A DNA stretch of 64,000 nt. Origin: Tubiluchus corallicola. Its lineage: Eukaryota > Animalia > Priapulida. Below the pieces are notes generated by a model, which did not search any database, had not been told where the DNA came from, and saw only the letters and a program-made list of their open reading frames with translations. Position 1 is the stretch's first letter. Each line of letters starts with the position of its first letter. Made by a program: the position numbers and the translations under genes. The DNA is taken from the NCBI GenBank assembly GCA_030141605.1, contig JAQGDQ010000033.1, positions 1-64,000 on the forward strand, read 5' to 3'. Below are positions 32,101 through 46,900 of this stretch, piece after piece.

Positions 32101-35100
32101 TGTACATTAACAGTGTATTTATTTCATGTAATTCGCTTCTTTATAGTGCATGGTTTGTTGCTTTGGAACAAGCTCGAATGCTGGTAAGTGGTTTTTCTAT
32201 TTAAATCTATTTTTCATTGACTATATCATTATATTTGTTTCTTACAACGTGACTGACTTAAAATGCCTTAGGCTGCATTTCCACTGTGCCCGCACAGGCA
32301 CACACAGACACAGACTTTTTTGCTCGCACGTTTTACATCCACAAAGGCTTCCATTGGGACTGCACTCATTCCATACAACACGTAATGAATACACTAATAT
32401 TTAATATGAAATTTTAGACATGACACTTCCTAGAAGAAAAAAAGATTTTTATTTTGCTTGCAGTAGTTAAAGAAAAAGACATGTAAGTGAAACAGAAAGC
32501 GATAACTTCGTTTTTGGGTACGCCCAATATTTGAATATTTTAAACTCTCTTATTTCTCTTCTTTCTTTATTTCTCCTGCTGGCTCAGTACCCTGACAGCA
32601 CCAAAGTATTGGTCGACTTTAACTTGATTATTTTTCACTGGATGGTGAAAGCAAATAGTGACAGTTTCAATGCAATTCAATATCTGTTGTACCTTTTCTC
32701 CTTATTACTAGTCTACTATGGTTGATTTTGATTTTACATGCCCATATGCAATTTTTACAGCATGTTTTCTAGTGGAATTTAAAAACACTAGTTGTGTTCA
32801 CTTCAAATAAAAACTGGCTTTTATTAGAAAGCTAACTTGTTTCGAAGCTTATAATTTTCTCCGCTTTGTCACACGAAGCTGGTCTGATCTCCACAACATG
32901 TACAATTTGTTCGTCTTCCATTATGAAAATGAGCTTGTCCGTCCACACAAAAAAGGGTTTAGCAATTAAAGTACGGGTCTGTGTGTGTACATTACATAGC
33001 ATTTCCTCTAGATGCAGTGGAAACGACAAACATGAAATACAATGATTTGCAGTGGCACGCTATTGTTCCAGTTTTTTCTGTGTGAGTCATGCAGAAAAAG
33101 TCCGTGTCTGTGCGGGCACAGTGGAAACTCGGCCTTAAGCTAACTAAGTGATTTTACCCACAGTATATGTTTGAATGCAAAATTTAGACATCATTTAAAT
33201 GGTATCTGTACAATTGAATATTAAATTTTGACCATTTTCACCTTTTATTATTCCAAGTTTCCAAGAAATAGTTAGTTTATATTGCTGCCTTTCATATATG
33301 CATCATTGCAGGTATAAAGGAGAGATCTCAAACCTGCTAGTTCTGTAATTTATGGTTAAAGTGTTGAAATTATGTGAAATGTATATAAATGTTTTTCTTA
33401 TTTTAGAGCATTTTCCATTTCTTTTTCTAAATCAGTCTACAAGTCTCAAAAAATTGCTATTTTTATTATGGAATTAGACAAAGTGCAGTTTCTTTCGTTG
33501 TTGTTTTACAGTTTTTTCAGACAAACATAACAAACACTTGGCAGCCCAGCACATTGCAAAAAATTGAACTTCATTTAAAATTTGTACATATTTATTTGTA
33601 GCCCAGAGCAAGACCTCCAGCACCAACTGTGTACACAGCCCCCACTGTACAAACCACGTATGTACAACAACCGACAGGAACCGTGGTTAGAGCAGGTAAC
33701 ACTACGTATATACACCATACTGGAGCCATTCCTACTCAGACTGTTCGTTATGTGGCACCTGGTGTACAAGTCGTTAATACTGCACCTACCATGCAGACAG
33801 TGCAGTATGTTGGCTCCACTCCAAATCGTAAGAATACTTTTATATTACATATGAATCGTAAATGTATTCAAATCGTACAGTACCAAAAAACTGCAAACTC
33901 TGTTTCTTTATGTTTTTAGAACCTATATGCATTGTGTAGTCATATTAGCTCTAGTTTTTGTGCTGTCATGTTCTTAGTGTGCAAACAACAAATGGGCTGT
34001 ATTAAGTCAAAGTCCACAATACGCTGCAACTGAAAAATGTTAGAGATGATGAAACATGTTTACATAGTATAAAAAGTGATATGCCTGTTAATAAAATGTA
34101 TTAACATTACACAATATAAACATACAACATTATCCCACTTTAAATTCCAAATTAAAAAAGAAATTAACCATTTCCAATTAATGAATAAAATTCGGGATTT
34201 CTGCTCAGAAAAAAATTGCAAAAATTGTGAAGAAACATCAAGAAGGTATGAAAATCACAATATCTGTACAACTTTGTAATTAACAAGCAAAATCCCAGAT
34301 GTCTACTCAGAAACAATGCACAAATTGTGTAACAACATCAAAAAAGGATGAAAACCATAGGATGTTTCTAGGTCACTTGAGTAGTGGAAACAATAAAATT
34401 ACATAAATAGTAAAAAATATTTCTCATTAGACTTGCCAGTCGTTTCTATTTTTTCATATGTACTTGTGTCCAAACGTGTATCTATTTTTTCATATGTACT
34501 TGTGTCCAAAATATCAAGTCCTTGTGCAATCTGCATATTTTGGTCCAATCTGCAGTCAGTCTAAAACTTCCATTGTACTCAAATGTTTTTGTGTCCAACC
34601 TCCATGTCTTGTATTAATACACCAAGTGTCTAAATTTGTCTGTGTTCAAATTCCCGTGTCCGAAATTTGCCCCTTGTGCGCAAGCACAATGCATGCCAAA
34701 TTTCTTGTCCAAACATCCTGTATCTAAAAAGCAAAATACACTTATGTCTAAAGTAGCCTTCTGTCCTTCTACCAAATTATCAGTGTCTATTGCTGCTCTT
34801 ACTGCTCATTCTCCTCCTAGTTTACTGTTAAGCGTGAACATTGCTATTGTAGCAGTCAATGCTGCTGTCATATGCTCACATTGCCGTTTTTGCAGCTATC
34901 ATGATTCCCATTGTTGCAGCACCTTCTCCTACTGCACCTGCCATTAATATATATCTGCCTAGCCTTTTTTGAAGTGTGGATTAACTGGATTGTCAAAAAT
35001 GTTAAACTCCTATTTTCCTAGACAGATTGAGGGTTAGTTAGAGTGATTGGTAGGTAGATGGGTCTGTTTGAATATGGCTGATAGGTATGTAGATAGCTAG

Positions 35101-37550
35101 TTAGGCAGGTAGTTAGGTTGGCATTTCATAGATGTGTAAGTAGGTAGGTATGTAAGTAGATAGGTAGGTTGGTAGGTATGCAAATAGGTGATAGATATGT
35201 AGACATCAACAGGGAATAATATGTAGGTGGACTTGCAGGGGCGTTGCGCACCAAAAAAAATTGGGGGGGGGCCCGACTGTATATAATGGCGGAACTTAAC
35301 TGTTTAAAAAACGTATAATTTTGAAAAAAAATAAACAGTATTTTGCGTGCAAGAAAAACGATTTATTTATTCCCAACTGGCATTTAACTTAAAGCTATAG
35401 CAACGGAAACTTAATTAAAATTAAAAATTAAATTAAAATGACGCAGAACATCACTCCAGAAGAGCTCATCCACAGACTTCAAGTCCATATTCTTTGTTTT
35501 CTCAGCCTCAACTGCAAGGATCATCAGGTCACCCAGTCATGCCTGACTCATTGTACTGCGGAAATGATGACGTGCTCAAAATCACGCCCTTTTATGCAGC
35601 AAGCTCGTGGGAAAGAGTCGCTAAGGAGTAGCAAAGAGTCGGTAATGTCCAATCAGGAGGTGGCTGAGCCGTGGCTCACCAATTTGTATCTCCCAAACCG
35701 ACTCTCTGGTACTAGGCTAGCTCGACAAACTGACTCTCTGGTACTAGGCTAGCTCAACATGACTTCAATGTTTGCATTGTTTTTGCTCTATTATTTCACT
35801 TATTCTCTATTATAACACACTGCTGAACGAAGCTTGAGTGCTAACTGAGCCGTTTTGTTAACTAACAGTCTTTTGTGCAAAGACGCTAATGCTACTCAAC
35901 GAGCTGCTTTGTTAACTGTTCCTGCCTGCCTCCTGAATAGATTACATGCAAACAAATTAACTCCATCCTGACTTTCAGGTAAACACATACTCATGCTCAT
36001 ACTATTCGCATTTATGGAGCGCTGGCCCACTATTGCGTGTCAAAAAGTCGAAAATAAATTTGCTTACGCTGCTGACACCCTTCAAATTTTTGACATTTTC
36101 TAAAAAAATTGGGGGGGGGGCGGGCCCCCCGGGCCCCTATGTCACGTGCAGACAGGTCAATGGTAGATAGTTGAGGATGTGTAGGTGAAAACTAGGCCGT
36201 AGGCACGTAGGTAGGTAGGTAAGTAAGTAGGTAGTCAGACTGGCAATCAAAATCAAATACACACCTAAATTAGAAAACTGTAAATAGACAGATAAAGACA
36301 TGTAGTTAGACAGAAAAATAGATGGTTAAGTATATTGGTAGGTGGGTAGAAATGTGGGCAAGCAAGTAGGTATGTAGGTATTTTAAGAGAGCAGATATAG
36401 ACAAATAATTAAAAAGACAGGCTGCTTGAGGAATGTCGGTAGACAGATGAAGGACAAGCAAATAGGCACACAGAAGATTGGTGCACACATACAGACAAAG
36501 GGATTAATTGCTTTGCAGATATAGCTAGTGCCCAAGTGTTCTGCTGCCCAAAGTTGACAACTAAATATATGTACCCCATCTAAGTGCTGGAACATAATCC
36601 ATTTTTTTAGACTCTGCAGGGCAGATTAACTTTTCTGCTTTAAAATCTTATGAGATTGCATTTACAGCCAAATTATATGTTTGAAGTGCAGAGCCAAGCT
36701 GCCCAACCTCTTCCTGACACAGACATTGTCATATCTTTTACCTGTTTCTAACTGAGTCCTACTATACTACTAGCTCAGTGAATATTTGCAGTATTACACT
36801 GCCACTGGAAAGGGTATTGCTAACACTATTTATAGAGTCCAATTTTTAAACTTATTATTTTAAAACTAATCATAATTTCAAAATGCATTTTAATAGCAAA
36901 AATGTGTGGATTACATTTGCATATCACTATATTTATAGCAGCAAACCAGTGCTAAGCAAAATTTCTAATTACAATTGTTTTGATGGATGATAATCTTATT
37001 TTGTTTTGCGCTGCTTGAAATACTTGTCTGTGAATCTTGGCACTTTTTTCTTAATTTGTTCAATTTGTAAACATTTCACAGCTTACCAACTGGTCTATAA
37101 TGTGTCATAATGGCAAGGATAGCAAGATTAAGATACATTTTAAACTGTAAGCTTAATTAAATGTGACTAAATTGGTTATATGTGTATAGTGTGTATTGTT
37201 CCTTGTTTTTGTGATCATTGTAGGTTAACTAGTTGTTTTACTAGCATATCTGACCTAAAAAATTCCTTATTCATATTTGGCTATGTGCTTTGACAAGGTA
37301 ACAGAATGGTGCATGATTTATTTGTAGACAAAAATACTAAATTAAATTTAAATGACAGCAAAATTAAAGCTAAACTATTATTTGATTTATGGAACACTTT
37401 TTGGACTAATCTTTCTTCTGTTTAATAGTATACCAACCATATGGATCATCTGTCGTTTACGTGAACAACGGGAATTGTTATAGATGTGGTCGTATTGGTT
37501 GCTATTGCTACAGACACCATGGTGGAACGTCTGTCGTTTATTACAATTAG
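29111..37550 (+). CDS. PLEKHB2: Evectin / PLEKHB-like PH-domain protein, 6 coding exons, 230 aa
   Basis: Exons 29111-29165, 29432-29577, 30017-30123, 32147-32183, 33602-33827, 37429-37550 (693 nt, in phase, GT-AG). ARSGWLWRQSTFLKKWKRVYFIL..GDLSYYE..PPEGKSNDCLLKI..LCGDTVDETTAWFVALEQAR matches the evectin PH domain, followed by a P/T/V/Y-rich tail. The last exon is the least certain. Confidence 0.85.
30496..31034. mobile_element. pogo/Tigger-like MITE
   Basis: cagtagtctccacttaataaaacc ... ggttttattaagcagcagccactg|TA, imperfect TIRs. Confidence 0.65.
32271..33134. mobile_element. PIF/Harbinger-like non-autonomous element
   Basis: TIR GGCTGCATTTCCACTGTGCCCGCACAG / CTGTGCGGGCACAGTGGAAACTCGGCC, TTA on both flanks. 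Internal minus-strand MEDEQIVHVVEIRPASCDK resembles the start of a MADF domain. Confidence 0.8.
35237..36150. mobile_element. hAT-like element remnant inserted in a degenerate (TAGG)n region (~35040-36500)
   Basis: Starts CAGGGGCGTTGCGC; aaaaaattggggggggg recurs near both ends. The right TIR is not intact. Confidence 0.5.
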
Positions 37551-38468
37551 TCATAGAGTTGAATTTCATCTATTCTTTATTGTGAGTGACTCAACAGTAC
37601 TTTAAAAACTAAAATAAATCCCCACTTTAACAGCAGTTTCAACTATAAATATTAGCAAGCTTAAAATTAGTAATGTACAGACTAGCATAAATTTGTATAA
37701 AAATACTGTTATCATCTCACAAGAGGCCTTCAATTTTTTATTGTTCAACAGTTATAATATTACATGTTTATAATTTAAATATGAAATTTTCAAGGATGTC
37801 GAGTGATTTTTCTTCACAGTACTAAATCCAGAGCTTTATTTTATATCTCAAGAACAAAATCTATAACTAAAATAACTTCGTATTACTTTTTAAATTATAA
37901 AATGATGGTAACCCAAGTCTAGAATAAAAACCATAATACTGTTGTCATGTCTTATTGTAAGTGAAGGAACTTGCCTAATGCTATTCAAGCTTACAGGTTT
38001 ACTATATAATTTTACAAATTATAAAATTAATGCCTGTTGATTAATTGGAACTGCCTAAGTTTGTGGCATGCAGATTTGGTAATTTATAAAAAAGCTGAAC
38101 TTTTATTTTAAAAATCCAATCATTTTTTTCTAGAAACTGTGAAAAAATAATTTTTAGTATAGTTATATGTGGATATTGTAATTGCTATGTTGAAATTGTG
38201 TATCAAATTTAAAAAACAAATGTTAACATTTAAAAAATGGTTTAGATCTGATTTTATGTATGTGTATTTTCAAATGCCTTTAAAAAATTTGTAATTTCAT
38301 AGAGTTAACATTGGAACACTTCAAGTCATTCTGTGATATAGTAAATTGTGATGCATAAATTATTTATTTCATGTCATAGTTACTCCTTGTTATTATGGTG
38401 TTCATATTAAGAAGCTAATATTTTAATTAGAATATAGTATATAATAAATGACTTGCAGTGGTAATGTA

Positions 38469-38891
38469 CAATGTTCCCTCACTTATCGCGGGTGTTCCGT
38501 TCCAGGACCACCCGCGATAAGTGAATTTCCGCGAAGTTGCATCTCAAGCGGGGCGCAAGTACTACATTTCGTTTTTGGTGTGTATGCATCTGCCGAATAA
38601 ATACACTATTTACTGTAAATGGTAATTTTTTATGATTCATAATATTTTAATGTTAGAATTAATATTTTTAATATATTTTTACACATTTTGTGATTTTTAT
38701 GCAAAATTCATCAAATCTATTCATTACTGTACAATACGTACTATGCATGTGCAAAAATACTTTAGACAGTATACCGCAAAAACCAGTGAAACAGCGAAAA
38801 TACAGCGATAAATGTTTTACATTAATATTTTGAAAACCCACGAAACAGCGAGTCCGCGATAAACGAACCGCAAAGTAGTGAGGGAACACTG
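38469..38891. mobile_element. pogo/Tigger-like MITE
   Basis: TA|CAATGTTCCCTCACT ... AGTGAGGGAACACTG|TA, with an internal palindrome ttatcgcgggtg/cacccgcgataa. Confidence 0.88.
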
Positions 38892-41053
38892 TAGTTTCAG
38901 AATTATTTAATTCAATATCTGTTCTTTAATCCACCATAAGCTGTCTATTTGCACAGAATCCTATAGAAATAAATAAATTCTAGACAGACTATATTGGCAT
39001 ATTGCGACCTTATATCTATCTAAACACATTATCCTGCAGAATTCACTGCAAAACAAGTAACGGAAATCCCTTTACTATTGATGTAAAAATAATTACATAC
39101 TAAAAAGAATTAAGCAGCTTGATCAATAAGCTTACAGTGTCTATCGATTACAGTCTGGAATGGTACAATGAAACATGCTGTATTTTTCTGTAAATTTAAA
39201 TTAATCTTTTTCTGTTATTTGATGCATCATTTGTTATGTGATCATTATTTGTTATCATCATTTCTGGTGATTATTTCTGGTGTCATTTCTACGTATTGGT
39301 AACGTAGCACGTGCAAGCTAACGTGCCAGCAGGCTTAGTATGTACACAAGAATTAACTATTCGTAGTCACTTCTGACTGAATGAATATTTTCTGTATTTC
39401 ACTCAGAAAGTGCAATGTAAAAAGCACCTGAAGTTAGTTCAATGTGCATTTTGATAAGGGCCAGATTAAGGAGTGTTGGTGCCCCGGCTGTCTTCATCAC
39501 GTGCACGTTTCACGGTTCAAAACATACATATTATGCAATACAAAATGTGACAATTTACGTAAGACAAGCTTCATTGTTCCATATATAGAAAACATAGAAA
39601 CCTCAGTTAGCAATGCAGCCACCTCTAATTAAGTGTTAGTACAGGCAGCACCCGTCAGTGTTATGAGTTTAGTAAAATTAATACAAAAACACATCCGTAT
39701 ATACACAAATTCATGTACACATAGATAATACTGTATGTTCATAACGCATTTTAATTCTTGATGACAAAAACAGTGACAATGAATAAAAAAATCAACAAAC
39801 CCAATTAACTAATAAATTCATTCCAAAAAAATTTGCGTATAAATACACTCATAATCAATAATACGCGAACATCCTACATAGTCCTCATTTATAACTCAAA
39901 GCCAGTAGCAGCTTTTACTGAATTAAAGTTATAAGTTTATAGGCAGAGTATAATGGTGACGTCAGGACAATGGCTTTGTGTCAGCAGTTTTCCAAGCGAA
40001 AATCGCCCGAAATGGAACCTCCAATCAACTCGTCACAGCTCCTCACTGTGGAAGCGTCCTAAAATGCAGTCCACACCACCCCACTAACACACCACCCACA
40101 CAAACACCCACCACCCTGCTTACAACACACCACCCACACAGTGCTGCAACATCACCCACCCATACTACCAACAGCACAACACACCACAACCCTACCACAT
40201 TATCCACACCATCTCACCTTTCGTTTGATGTGTAGATCACTGAAAATGCTGCCGTCGTTGGAGCTGTAGCCTCGTTGGTTATATATCCATATATACCCCG
40301 AAATTAATATATACAATGGGCTTCAGGGGAAAAATTGGTGCCTTTCTTTTTCCTTGTTTTTTAATTGTGAGATTTTTAATTCATATAATATGTAAGTTTA
40401 TATGTTTGTAAAATCTTTGTATGTACAGGCATATACATAATTACACTACACATATATACATGTATTTGTGCGTATTTATATAGTCAATAAAAATGGGGTT
40501 TAATTCAATTGGCATGTATAGTTTTATTACAATTATGTAATGTGTAATAAGTAAACAAAATATTGTAACAAGAAAAGCTGCAATATATTTGCGAAAATGT
40601 GTTGCAAGTAAATAAAAAATCGCACTATAAAGAGTGAGGAAGAGGGGAAAACTATTATTGTTTTTTCAGTTCTGGGTTATTATAGCAAAAAATCGTACTG
40701 AATAGAATTACCCATAGGTGATAAGGAATATCTGTACTGCTGGCGGGAGCGTGCGTATTTTGCCATTCATCCTATAAATATAATCCCTTCGTGTGAAATG
40801 TGAATGGTGTTACCTAAAATGTTTCTGTTAGCTTGATTTGACGCTACAGTTTACTGCAGATTTTAATCATTCCTTTGACTTTACATTGTAACTGGAATTT
40901 TAAGACAAAATACCGTCTTCATTTAAGTCGGGTCCTATCAGACGTCCCCTGACCGGTTTGATTTGACATTTCTTACGAATCGTAGTTCTTATGCATTAGC
41001 CAGCATATTCGTACAATACCAGTGTGACCGCAGCTATACCTATTTGATTTAAT

Positions 41054-43917
41054 ATGGCCAGTGACCAGGAACAGTTTGAAACTTTATTGGTTTCACTGAT
41101 GAGCACAGACAACGACTTGAGAAATCAATCGGAGGTTGGTATTTTGAGAGTGCTGTGTAATAATCATGCGTTGAACTTGCAGTTTTTGACCACTTGGGGG
41201 TAGGTTGCTGTTTAGATGGTTCTTTTCTAAAGCACTCTCACTTCGCCTAAATCAGAAATATCGCTGAAAGCAGGGCTGCCAATAGAGAGATGCAGTCTTT
41301 ATCTACATCCTTTAGTTTTATCTATAAAGAAAAGTTGAAATATACCTCCTATTTATAAAAAATTAATTTTAAAAAACTTACTGTTAGCATCACGAGAACG
41401 GACTAAGATTGAACGATTTCATGAAATATTTTCATTTGGGAGTTAGCAGAGAGCTACTGTGTGTCACAGCCTAGGAAATCTCTTCACAACGCTTCACAAA
41501 AAAAGAACCAAAGTGTAAACTTATTGAAAAGTTATAAAGAGCTTCGGGCAAATTTTCTTAACATGTGCCATTTTGCAGCATCTGTTGGGGCCAGTAAGTG
41601 GCATACTCTGCCGGTGTTGTTTTGTAACTTTCGTTTCTCTTTCGAAACGTGGCGCAACCAGCAAATCAGGTTTGCTGTTTATACAATAAAATGATTAATA
41701 CTGGAACATAGTATAATTTGAGGCTTCATACCGTGTGAAAAAGGTAACTGTACGAAGATTGTTAATTAGTTAGTTAGTAAGCTCTAGCAAAGCTAGTCAG
41801 TTAGTCAATCAATTAGTTTTGGCGAGTTTGCCAAAGTCCATATTACAATACAATACAATTAACAATCAGACATTACATATAAGTCAAACATTTGTCGATT
41901 AATTGTATGCTATTCTGTAAATGTGCTCTTTTTAAATTAGGGCATGCAAACAGTGGATGTTATGGTTGTGCGAAATTGGTTATGAAGTTGATGTCTAGCT
42001 GGAAATATGTGTGTGATTTTTTGGGTGGTTTTTGCCACACTGCCTCTCTTATGTTTGTAAATTCACAAGTACCTTCCACTTCTCACCGCACTCAGTCACA
42101 TACCTCTTAGGTCTGAATGTAAAATTGAGCTCTAATAAGTCTATGTTTCAGTGTAACTTTAGTTAGTCTGTTATTTGTTGAGTGTTTTATTGCTCAGCAA
42201 TGTCAACCAATCCAGATTGAACTCGTGAACCTGTATGAGTATGCATTGCACAATTTGATTAATTCATTTTATTATTATCTAAACTGTACAAGTTGCGAAG
42301 GTTTTCATGTCTTTAGGAAATTTTCATGACATGGTACATGAGGTGTAAATGTTATTGTTCAATCAAAATACATAATACAAACAATAATGAATATGTTTAT
42401 GATATCAGGTATTTAATGTAATGTGCTTCTGCTAAAAAGTGATGATCTGTAAAAAAGGAACGCATAATAGTATACACTAAGGCATGGTGAAAAAATTTAT
42501 GGTACTCGACAAGCTGTTGATAGCCCATTAAAACATTTATTTTTTTCAGAGCACTTATGAAGCCTTGCAACCGGGTCCAAAAGTTCTTCACTTGGTGGGA
42601 GCTATTAGAAATGCAAATGCAGGAGTAGAGGTATGTAGTGCTATTTGTTAACTACCACTTGAAATTCTCTTCTCTTTAAATTTACATGTCTAAATTTGCT
42701 TAGTCAGTAGTGCTATATTTCATCAAAAATAGGAGTATTTGGTGCAACCCCACTGTACCAAGTAATCATTATTTGTATTTGCAAATAAGATTATTAGATT
42801 CAGAAAATGTATGTTACAAGCTTGAGTTGCATGTTAAATGTGATTTAAGCTAGTTACATGTCTGAATTTAATGTCGTTGAATTGTAAATTTTATGAGAGT
42901 TTTTAAACATTTTATAGCCCAATTTGAATTTAAATATAAACACTATGACGAAACTATCTTCTCTTGGGCTCTTTATGGCTGTATTGTTTATATATATATT
43001 GTCCTGGCTTGTTTAGTGTTACTTACTTTGCCACTTAAATCTCAGTGGTGGTTTCCAGGTTGCAAAAATACAATTTTCTGTATTGGAAATGGGCACAGGC
43101 AGATAAAAGAATTTCCCTGTCCCCATTTTTTCAATGTGTATGGAATCCTATACAACATTAATTTTGTACAGCAATTTGACAAAATTACGTAGTATATTTT
43201 TCTTTAAACACCTTATGTTTTTCCTGCCCACTCTGTACTAAACAGTAAATTCCTTGTTCAAGTCATTTTCGTAAAAAACTACCGAACGACACAGTTTTTA
43301 TTTTTCGGCTTTTATGCTTCTAGTACACACATGCCGCATTGATGATGTAATTTTATCCAACTGTGTCATAAAGAAGTGAATACAACAGAGCTTTCAACAA
43401 GCAAAAATCAATTTCCTTGTTGAGTTTTATGTAAAAACAAGTTGAAATAGTAACTGCATACATTTTAGTCAATAATGTTTGTATTTCCCTGTTAATTTTT
43501 GTATTTTTCTTCAAAACAGCTTGTTTTTTGCACGAGTAAGCAGAGCAGTTCAAATTAGCAAGTGCCAGTGAGAATTGATGTTATTAACATGGTGGTACTC
43601 TCGTAGTGGCATGAAAACTTTTTGTTATTTGATGTTTAGACAATCAACTTAAATTAAACTGTGCTTGCAAGTATTGCAATTTTGTCTTAATGAAGGCTTA
43701 ACTTGGTACGTTGATTCGGAAAAGATTTTAGGCTTCATTAATATGGAGACGTAGTAAACATGGCAATCTTAGTTGACCAGCCATGGGAACTGGTATACAG
43801 ACGACTTATTCTTGTTCTCGGGGAAATTTATTGGAATTTCTGGGAGTACCGGCATTAAATTTCCACCCTAGTTTTCTAATTTCCATTTTCCAGTGTATGT
43901 ATGTTAGCTAAATAATA

Positions 43918-43958
<41 letters not shown>

Positions 43959-46900
43959 CAGGTGCGGCAAATGGCAGCTCTATTGTTACGTCGCTACATT
44001 ATCAACTCCTTTGATGATTTCTATCCTAAACTTGGTGTTGATATACAGACAGCAATGAAACAGGAACTCATTTTAGCCGTACAAGAGGAGGCAAATCTTG
44101 TTGTGCGACGCAAAGTTTGTGACGTTGTAGCAGAACTAGCCCGAAGCTTTTTAGGTATGTTTTATCAGTGATGTGAATATTGAATGCTGGTTCTTTGGCT
44201 CCATAATAAGAATGACTTATTAGCACAGGCGTTATCTTTAGGAAACCAATCCTGTATTAAGTTACTAAACTATAGTTTCTTGAATAAGGATAGCAGACTA
44301 AGTGACTTTATAGTCTTTTCGCTATCCTTTCTCTAGTTCTAGATCTATCTATACATTTTAACCATTTTTCAAAATTTATTAGAGATTCTTTTATTAATCG
44401 TGTTTTATTGTAACACTATAAAGAGATAAATAAATTGAAATTGAAACGTGAGTTTGACTCTGATGCAGAAGTAGAATTCTAACACCAAAGATAATACTAA
44501 AATTATTGCAAAGTTGTTAGTTTATTTTTTTTTTACAAAATTCTGCACAGATTAGTCTGATTTTCAGATGAAGATGGCACTAACCATTGGCCAGAAGTCC
44601 TAAAGCTGTTATTTGACTTGGTCAGTAATCAAAATCCTGCTATGAGAGAGTCTGCTTTGCTTATTCTTAGGTATTATTAGCTACATGCTTATTTTACTTA
44701 GATTTCGTGCATTCTAGTAACTACGTCATCATGGCTTTTAGATACACACCTTTCTAAAGTATTAATACATGAGTGGGTAAACCCCAACTAGAGATTATTA
44801 TGTAAGAAGTTAAAAAGTTACTTACTGCAAAATTAAGCACCTTCCACATAGGTGTTCTGTCGATCAGTTCAGAGTGCTTTTTTAAAGTTGAGCTCATTTT
44901 TAAAAAAAATGTAATTTAAACTTTTACTGATTTTTACTGGCTTCATGTCATGTGTAGTTGGTGTTGCTGTAGTGACCCAATGGGGAAAAGAGGCCTGAAG
45001 GTGGCTGTAAAAATGGCCGCAAACATGTCCTCTTTTTTGCCTGCCAGGCCAGTAGTTCTGGTACATGCTATGTCTCCTAAGAACAACGTCTACTGGGTAT
45101 GCCTTCTAAGAATGAAATAATCTGATGATCAGAAGATCAACCTACTCCTTTATTTTTTTTAAAGTTCCTATGGCTAAAAATTTTATCTAGCAAGCTTATA
45201 TTATTTTCTGAGATGTCACTCTATATGATTTTAAGTTTTTTGGTCATTTTTGGAATTTTCCAGTTCAAATATTTGATTTGATGCTTTTCTTATTTAGTGT
45301 TACACCTGGCATATTTGGCAATCAGCAAGCTCATTATCTTGATGTGATACGTCAGATGCTGCAGCAGTGCTTGAAGGATACAGACAACCCTCAGGTAAAT
45401 TATTATGCTCAGATTGAATTTGGCCTGATACTTTTGTCTCTGGTAGGTGCAGTTAGATTAAGAAAATTTTAGTTTTTATTTACCTAGTTTTACCTTTTCA
45501 TTTACCTTTATTACACATTTGATTTCTGTCTTGAAATTTGTACCATTTTGTTTTCAAATTATATTTTTTAAACTAACAGTTTTTTGGCACATCCTCACAA
45601 TCTTTTATATTACATTTTCATCATTAGGTTCGACTGAGTGCAGTGAAGGCAACAACTTCATTCCTTCTAGCACATGAAAAAGAGCTTAACATACAGAGAC
45701 ACTTTGTAGACTGCCTACCAGGTTTAATTGAAGTGAGTATAAAATTTGCATTATCTTTGTAAAGTGATGCTTTATGATTGTAGTGAAGGAAAAGTTAGAA
45801 TACTCAAGGAAGCTATAATTAATGCAAAAGTAATATTCTTATGTCAGATAAAGTTGCTACATTAAGCAAGCAAAATAATTGATCTCTATTAGTTAATTGG
45901 AAACCTAATGACATGATTTGAAACAGTAGCTGCTGAAAAAACTTTTCCATTTTCAGTTTTGCTAATATGATTACTGATTACTGATGCACTTTATTTAAAT
46001 TAACATTTCATTTATTTGCCAGTCATTGGTTTGGTGCTGGGGAACAGAATATTGGTGCGTCAGTATGAAACATTTTACTTCAGTTTTATTCGTCCTAGGC
46101 AAATCCTGCGGGTGCTTGTTTTTAATTTGTTTAACAAAGAGCCAACGTAATTTTATTTTTAGCCCAGTTCACTTTGCAAATTTACAAATAGACTCTGGCT
46201 AAGATATTGCAATTCATGTTTGTTAAATTAAGCAGCACCAGACATGGATGGATGGTTAATTTGATACTGCTCCAGGAAAATAGCTTAGGCAGTTTCATGT
46301 AACCTTTAACCTCTGGCTGGATATTTCAGTGAGAGAACATGTGATTGTCCTTGTAAGACACCTCTGTTTGTACAGCGTCTCAGTGCAAAGATTATTCTAG
46401 ACTAATACACTAGACTCATTATTTTCATACTTTGCTACACAACATAAATAGGTCTTTCTTTGAGTGTTGAATAGTATGTGCATCATCTGTTGCGCCCTGG
46501 TCTGCATAAAAATAGATAAGCCCTACTTTTTTATGTATGCATGTATAATTTGGGTTGTGGACAATGCTTATACTAAGACATTGTGATTTGACTTTTTGGT
46601 AAGTTTTGGATAACTTACCCAGCCTAGTTCAGATTTATTTTGGAGCCATTTTTTGGCAAGTTTTATCCACATTATGCAAATTTTTGCAGGGAGTTGCTTA
46701 CACTGTGGAAAAGCAGGAAGATGATGCGGCATTAAAGTGTCTTATAGATCTGGCCGAATCCTGCCCAAAATTCTTACGAACACAGCTTGAAATAGTTATA
46801 CAGTTGTGTATAAAAATTCTTAGCAATACAGATTTAAGTGAACAGTGGCGTCATCTAGCATTGGAAGTGATAGTTACACTGTCTGAAACAGCACCAGCCA

